In this document: piece by piece, positions 59,735-64,000 of the stretch | Position numbering within the stretch: the stretch's first letter is position 1 | Layout: every line of letters begins with the position of its first letter | NCBI GenBank assembly: GCA_012295275.1 | Contig: CM022672.1 | Span: 26,226,001-26,290,000, forward strand | Direction of reading: 5' to 3' | Length of the DNA: 64,000 bases | Source of the DNA: Chrysomallon squamiferum | Lineage: Eukaryota; Animalia; Mollusca | Notes under the pieces: generated by a model | The model's database searches: none | What the model saw: the letters and a program-made list of their open reading frames with translations, nothing else | What the model was told of the DNA's origin: nothing | Position numbers and translations under genes: made by a program

Positions 59735-62348
59735 TCTATATACCACATACACAAACCACTCTCTCAGAATCTACATTACACACACACAACATACTCTCAG
59801 TATCTATATACCACATACACAAACCACTCTCTCAGTATCTACATCACACACACACAACATACTCTCTCAATATCTACATTACACATACACAACATACTCT
59901 CTCAATATCTACATACCAAATACACAACATACTCTCTCAATATCTACATACCACATACACAACATACTCTCTCAATATCTACATACCACATACACAACAT
60001 ACTCTCTCAACATATCAAAATACAACATACACACAACATACTCATCTCAATATCAACATCTACATACCACATATCACAACATACACAACATATACTCAAT
60101 ATCTACATTACACATACACAACATACTCTCTCAATATCAACATTACATCTACATACCACATACACAACATACTCTCTCAATATCTACATACACATACACA
60201 ACATACTCTCAATATCTCTCATATCAAATACACATACACATACACAACATACATACACAACATCTCAATATCTACATTACACATACACAACATACTCTCA
60301 ATATCTACATACCACACACATACACACAACATATACTTCTCAATATCTACATACCACATACACAACATACTCTCTCAATATCTACATTACACAATACACA
60401 ACATACTCTCAATATCTACATACCACATACACAACATACTCTCTCACATATCAACATACACATCTACATATACAACATACTCTCAATATATCATACATAC
60501 CACATACACAACATACTCTCTCAATATCTACATACCAAATACACAACATACTCTCAAATATCAAAATACCAAATACACAACATCAACATCTACATACCAA
60601 ATACACTCAATATCTACATACCATATACACAACATACTCTCTCAATATCTACATACCATAACAACACAACATATCTACATACCACATACACAACATACTC
60701 TCTCAATATCTACATACCACATACACAACATACTCTCTCAATATCTACATACCAAATACACAACATACTCTCAATATCAAAATACCAAATACACAACATA
60801 CTCTCTCAATATCTACATACCATATACACAACATACTCTCTCAATATCTACATACCATATACACAACATACTCTCTCAATATCTACATACCACATACACA
60901 ACATACTCTCTCAATATCTACAAAATACCAAATACACAACATACTCTCTCAATATCTACATACCAAATACACAACATACTCTCTCAATATCTACATTACA
61001 CATACACAACATACTCTCTCAATATCTACATCACACATACATACAACATACAACATCTCAAATATCAAAATACCAAATACACAACATACTCTCTCAATAT
61101 CTACATACCAAATACACAACATACTCTCAATATCAAAATACCAAATACACAACATACTCTCTCAATATCTACATACCATATACACAACATACTCTCTCAA
61201 TATCTACATACCATATACACAAACATACTCAATATCTACATATCAATATCTCAATATCTACATACCACATACACAACATACTCTCTCAATATCAACATAC
61301 CACATACACAACATACTCTCTCAATATCTACATACCACATACACAACATACTCTCTCAATATCAACATACCACATACACAACATACATCTCTCAAATACT
61401 CTCAATATCTACATACCACATACACAACATACTCTCTCAATATCAACATACCAAATACACAACATACTCTCTCAATATCTACATTACACATACACAACAT
61501 ACTCTCTCAATATCTACATACCACATACACAACATACTCTCTCAATATCAACATACCAAATACACAACATACTCTCTCAATATCTACATATACACATACA
61601 CAACATACTCTCTCAATATCTACATACCACATACACAACATATACAATATCTCTACAATATCTACATACCACATACACAACATACTCTCTCAATATCAAC
61701 ATACCAAATACACAACATACTCTCTCAATATCTACATACCACATACACAACATACTCTCTCAATATCTACATACCACATACACAACATACTCTCTCAATA
61801 TCAACATACCAAATACACAACATACACAACATACTCTCTCAATATCTACATACCACATACATAACATCTCTCTCAATATCAATCATATACCAAATACAAC
61901 AACATACTCTCTCAATATCTACATACCTCTCAATATCAACATACCACATACACAACATACTCTCTGAATATCTACATACCACATACACAACATACTCTCT
62001 CAATATCAAAATACCAAATACACAACTCTCTTATTATCTCTATACTACATACACAAACCACTCTCTCAGTATCTATATACTACATACACAAACCACTCGC
62101 TCAGTATCTGTTTACCAGATATATAACACACTCTCTCAGTATCTATTTACCAGATATATAACACACTCTCTCAGTATCTATTTACCAGATATATAACACA
62201 CTCTCTCAGTATCTATTTACCAGATATATAACACACTCTCTCAGTATCTATTTACCAGATATATAACACACTCTCTCAGTGTCTATTTACCAGATATATA
62301 ACACACTCTCTCAGTATCTATTTACCAGATATATAACACACTCTCTCA
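59735..62348. repeat. Large 35-bp minisatellite array (TATCTACATACCACATACACAACATACTCTCTCAA) ending in a homogeneous variant sub-array (GTATCTATTTACCAGATATATAACACACTCTCTCA x about 7)
   Basis: Directly visible tandem periodicity over about 2.6 kb. Confidence 0.97.
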
Positions 62349-64000
62349 TCCGCCAACGCATCAGAACATTTATGCCAGTAGTGCTTAAATCAGTAGAATT
62401 AAGGCAGAAAGCTTTCAAATTTAAATGTCTATTTCTATTTTGAAATGTCGTGTTTTACGTGGATAAAAGTTTATTCCAGTTTATAAAAAAAAAAAGATTA
62501 GGGTATTCCAAATTAAAACTTCTTTCCTTAAAATAAATTAATTGGTCACATTTACTGAACAGAAATATCTGTGAACTTTGTAAAAATAATAAAATTCTAG
62601 ATCGATAGTTATTTTAATTTCGTTTCATTATTACTAAGACTACTTGCATTATTATTAATTTTAAAATAGAAAAAACAAATGTAAATTATTAAAAAAAATA
62701 ATAATAATAATAAATAATAATGAAAGAAAAGAAAAGAAAAGCAAATTATTTTAGCTTGCAAAAAATAGGAAGATTAAAATTTCAAAATGTTAACAAGTAA
62801 TTTGTTCTAGAAACTCAGTGTTCGTGTATTAATATTAGGAGAAGTTGATGTAAAACAGTCAGTCTTTCTTAATGAAAGGAAAATAAACACAGAAAACCAC
62901 AACAGGAAAAAGTAAAAAAAGAAAGACTATCTATTTTTTTTCAAATATCAAATGAAGTTAATTAAAGAAATCATATACAGAACAATTCTTTGTATATGAC
63001 TGATCAAGTTCTTGTTTCTTTTATATAACTGTTTTATAACTGTACTCAAACACAAGCATGAATATTGAACACATACAATACAATATTCACACACATATCT
63101 ATATTAACAAATATACATATACATACATATACAACAAACATACAGTATAGATACGAGCATATATAGAGCATAGAGCATATAACATATACACACACACACT
63201 TACAAATCACACAGAATATAAACAATAAACACACGCATATATATATATATATATATAAACATATAAGCAAATAGGTTTATGTATATAGCACATGCAAAAC
63301 AGTTATCCTTACAAAGCACATATATACAATATACATATAAAACAATCATGCAAATAGATAAAAATCTAAAATTTCGGGTATCTTGAGAATAGAAACTTAG
63401 GTTTGCTGGAATAAATCTTCTTAAAGGAACTGCAGCTTGATGCCGTATGACAGTAAGACTGGGATGAATGGTATAAATTACGTCATGGTCAGGCTTTGTG
63501 CTGGCCTGTAGCCTATAACAAGAATTAAGTTGATACATCATGAGCACGCCGCCAGTGAAATATCATATTATCAAAGGCAATCATATTCAACAAGATATTA
63601 GCAGTCTTAATATATCCCTAGTCTCCAAAAGCTACTCTAAGAAATGATTAACTCTGTCATTTGATGGACTTAAAAAAAACCCATAAAACATGTAACAATA
63701 TACGTGTCCCTTCTATAACCACCCAAACAAAATTATTTAGTTCAGAAAAATACAAAATGATATAAATGCAGTAATTTTTCTTTTATGTTATTGTGCATAC
63801 GTATCCTACTGAATATTAGTATAATAGATATCTGTTCAGCAAACGCACAATGACAGAAAATGCACATTATTTAATCTTTCCACCAAGTAAAATATAACTA
63901 ACAACACGATCCCGCGTTATGTAATTTTAAGCAACGCGCTGATTGCGTCATATCGTTGAAAGAGATTAGATCAGTAGCTTCTTTTTCTATTTTAATGAGA

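Noticed and set aside
59620-62196. 858-aa and 749-aa ORFs
   Set aside because: They lie entirely in the G-free 35-bp minisatellite. The unit is not a multiple of 3, the same peptides appear in all frames, and stops are absent for compositional reasons.
62103-62348. CRISPR-like array of 35-bp repeats
   Set aside because: The repeats are directly abutting with no unique spacers, there are no cas genes, and the context is eukaryotic.
63200-63547. 115-aa minus-strand ORF
   Set aside because: The second half is (TA/TG)-repeat translation and the first half has no recognisable family or exon boundaries.

Overview
This is AT-rich, microsatellite-rich eukaryotic DNA from an invertebrate bilaterian; a lophotrochozoan or mollusc origin is my inference only. 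I reconstructed four spliced protein-coding genes by hand from splice signals and reading-frame phase. (1) A sideroflexin (SFXN1/3 type, minus strand, 10 coding exons, 5059-10180) with an apparent +1 frameshift in its first coding exon. (2) A DOK1/2/3-type PH+PTB docking protein (minus, 3 exons, 654 aa). (3) DDX41/abstrakt (plus, 15 exons, 622 aa), head-to-head with DOK. (4) The PP2A B55 regulatory subunit PPP2R2/twins (minus, 8 exons, 452 aa), tail-to-tail with DDX41. It has a canonical U12-type intron and an upstream alternative N-terminal exon that the ORF track misses. Other content: hAT and Tigger-like non-autonomous DNA transposons, a Merlin/IS1595-like relic, a possible decayed multi-exon gene, several candidate structured elements, an orphan 113-aa ORF and two minisatellites that produce spurious long ORFs. 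I found no prokaryotic-type system (CRISPR etc.). The most notable signals are the SFXN-DOK-DDX41-PPP2R2 cluster, which mirrors vertebrate 5q/8p/10q linkage, the alternative B55 N-terminus and the SFXN frameshift.
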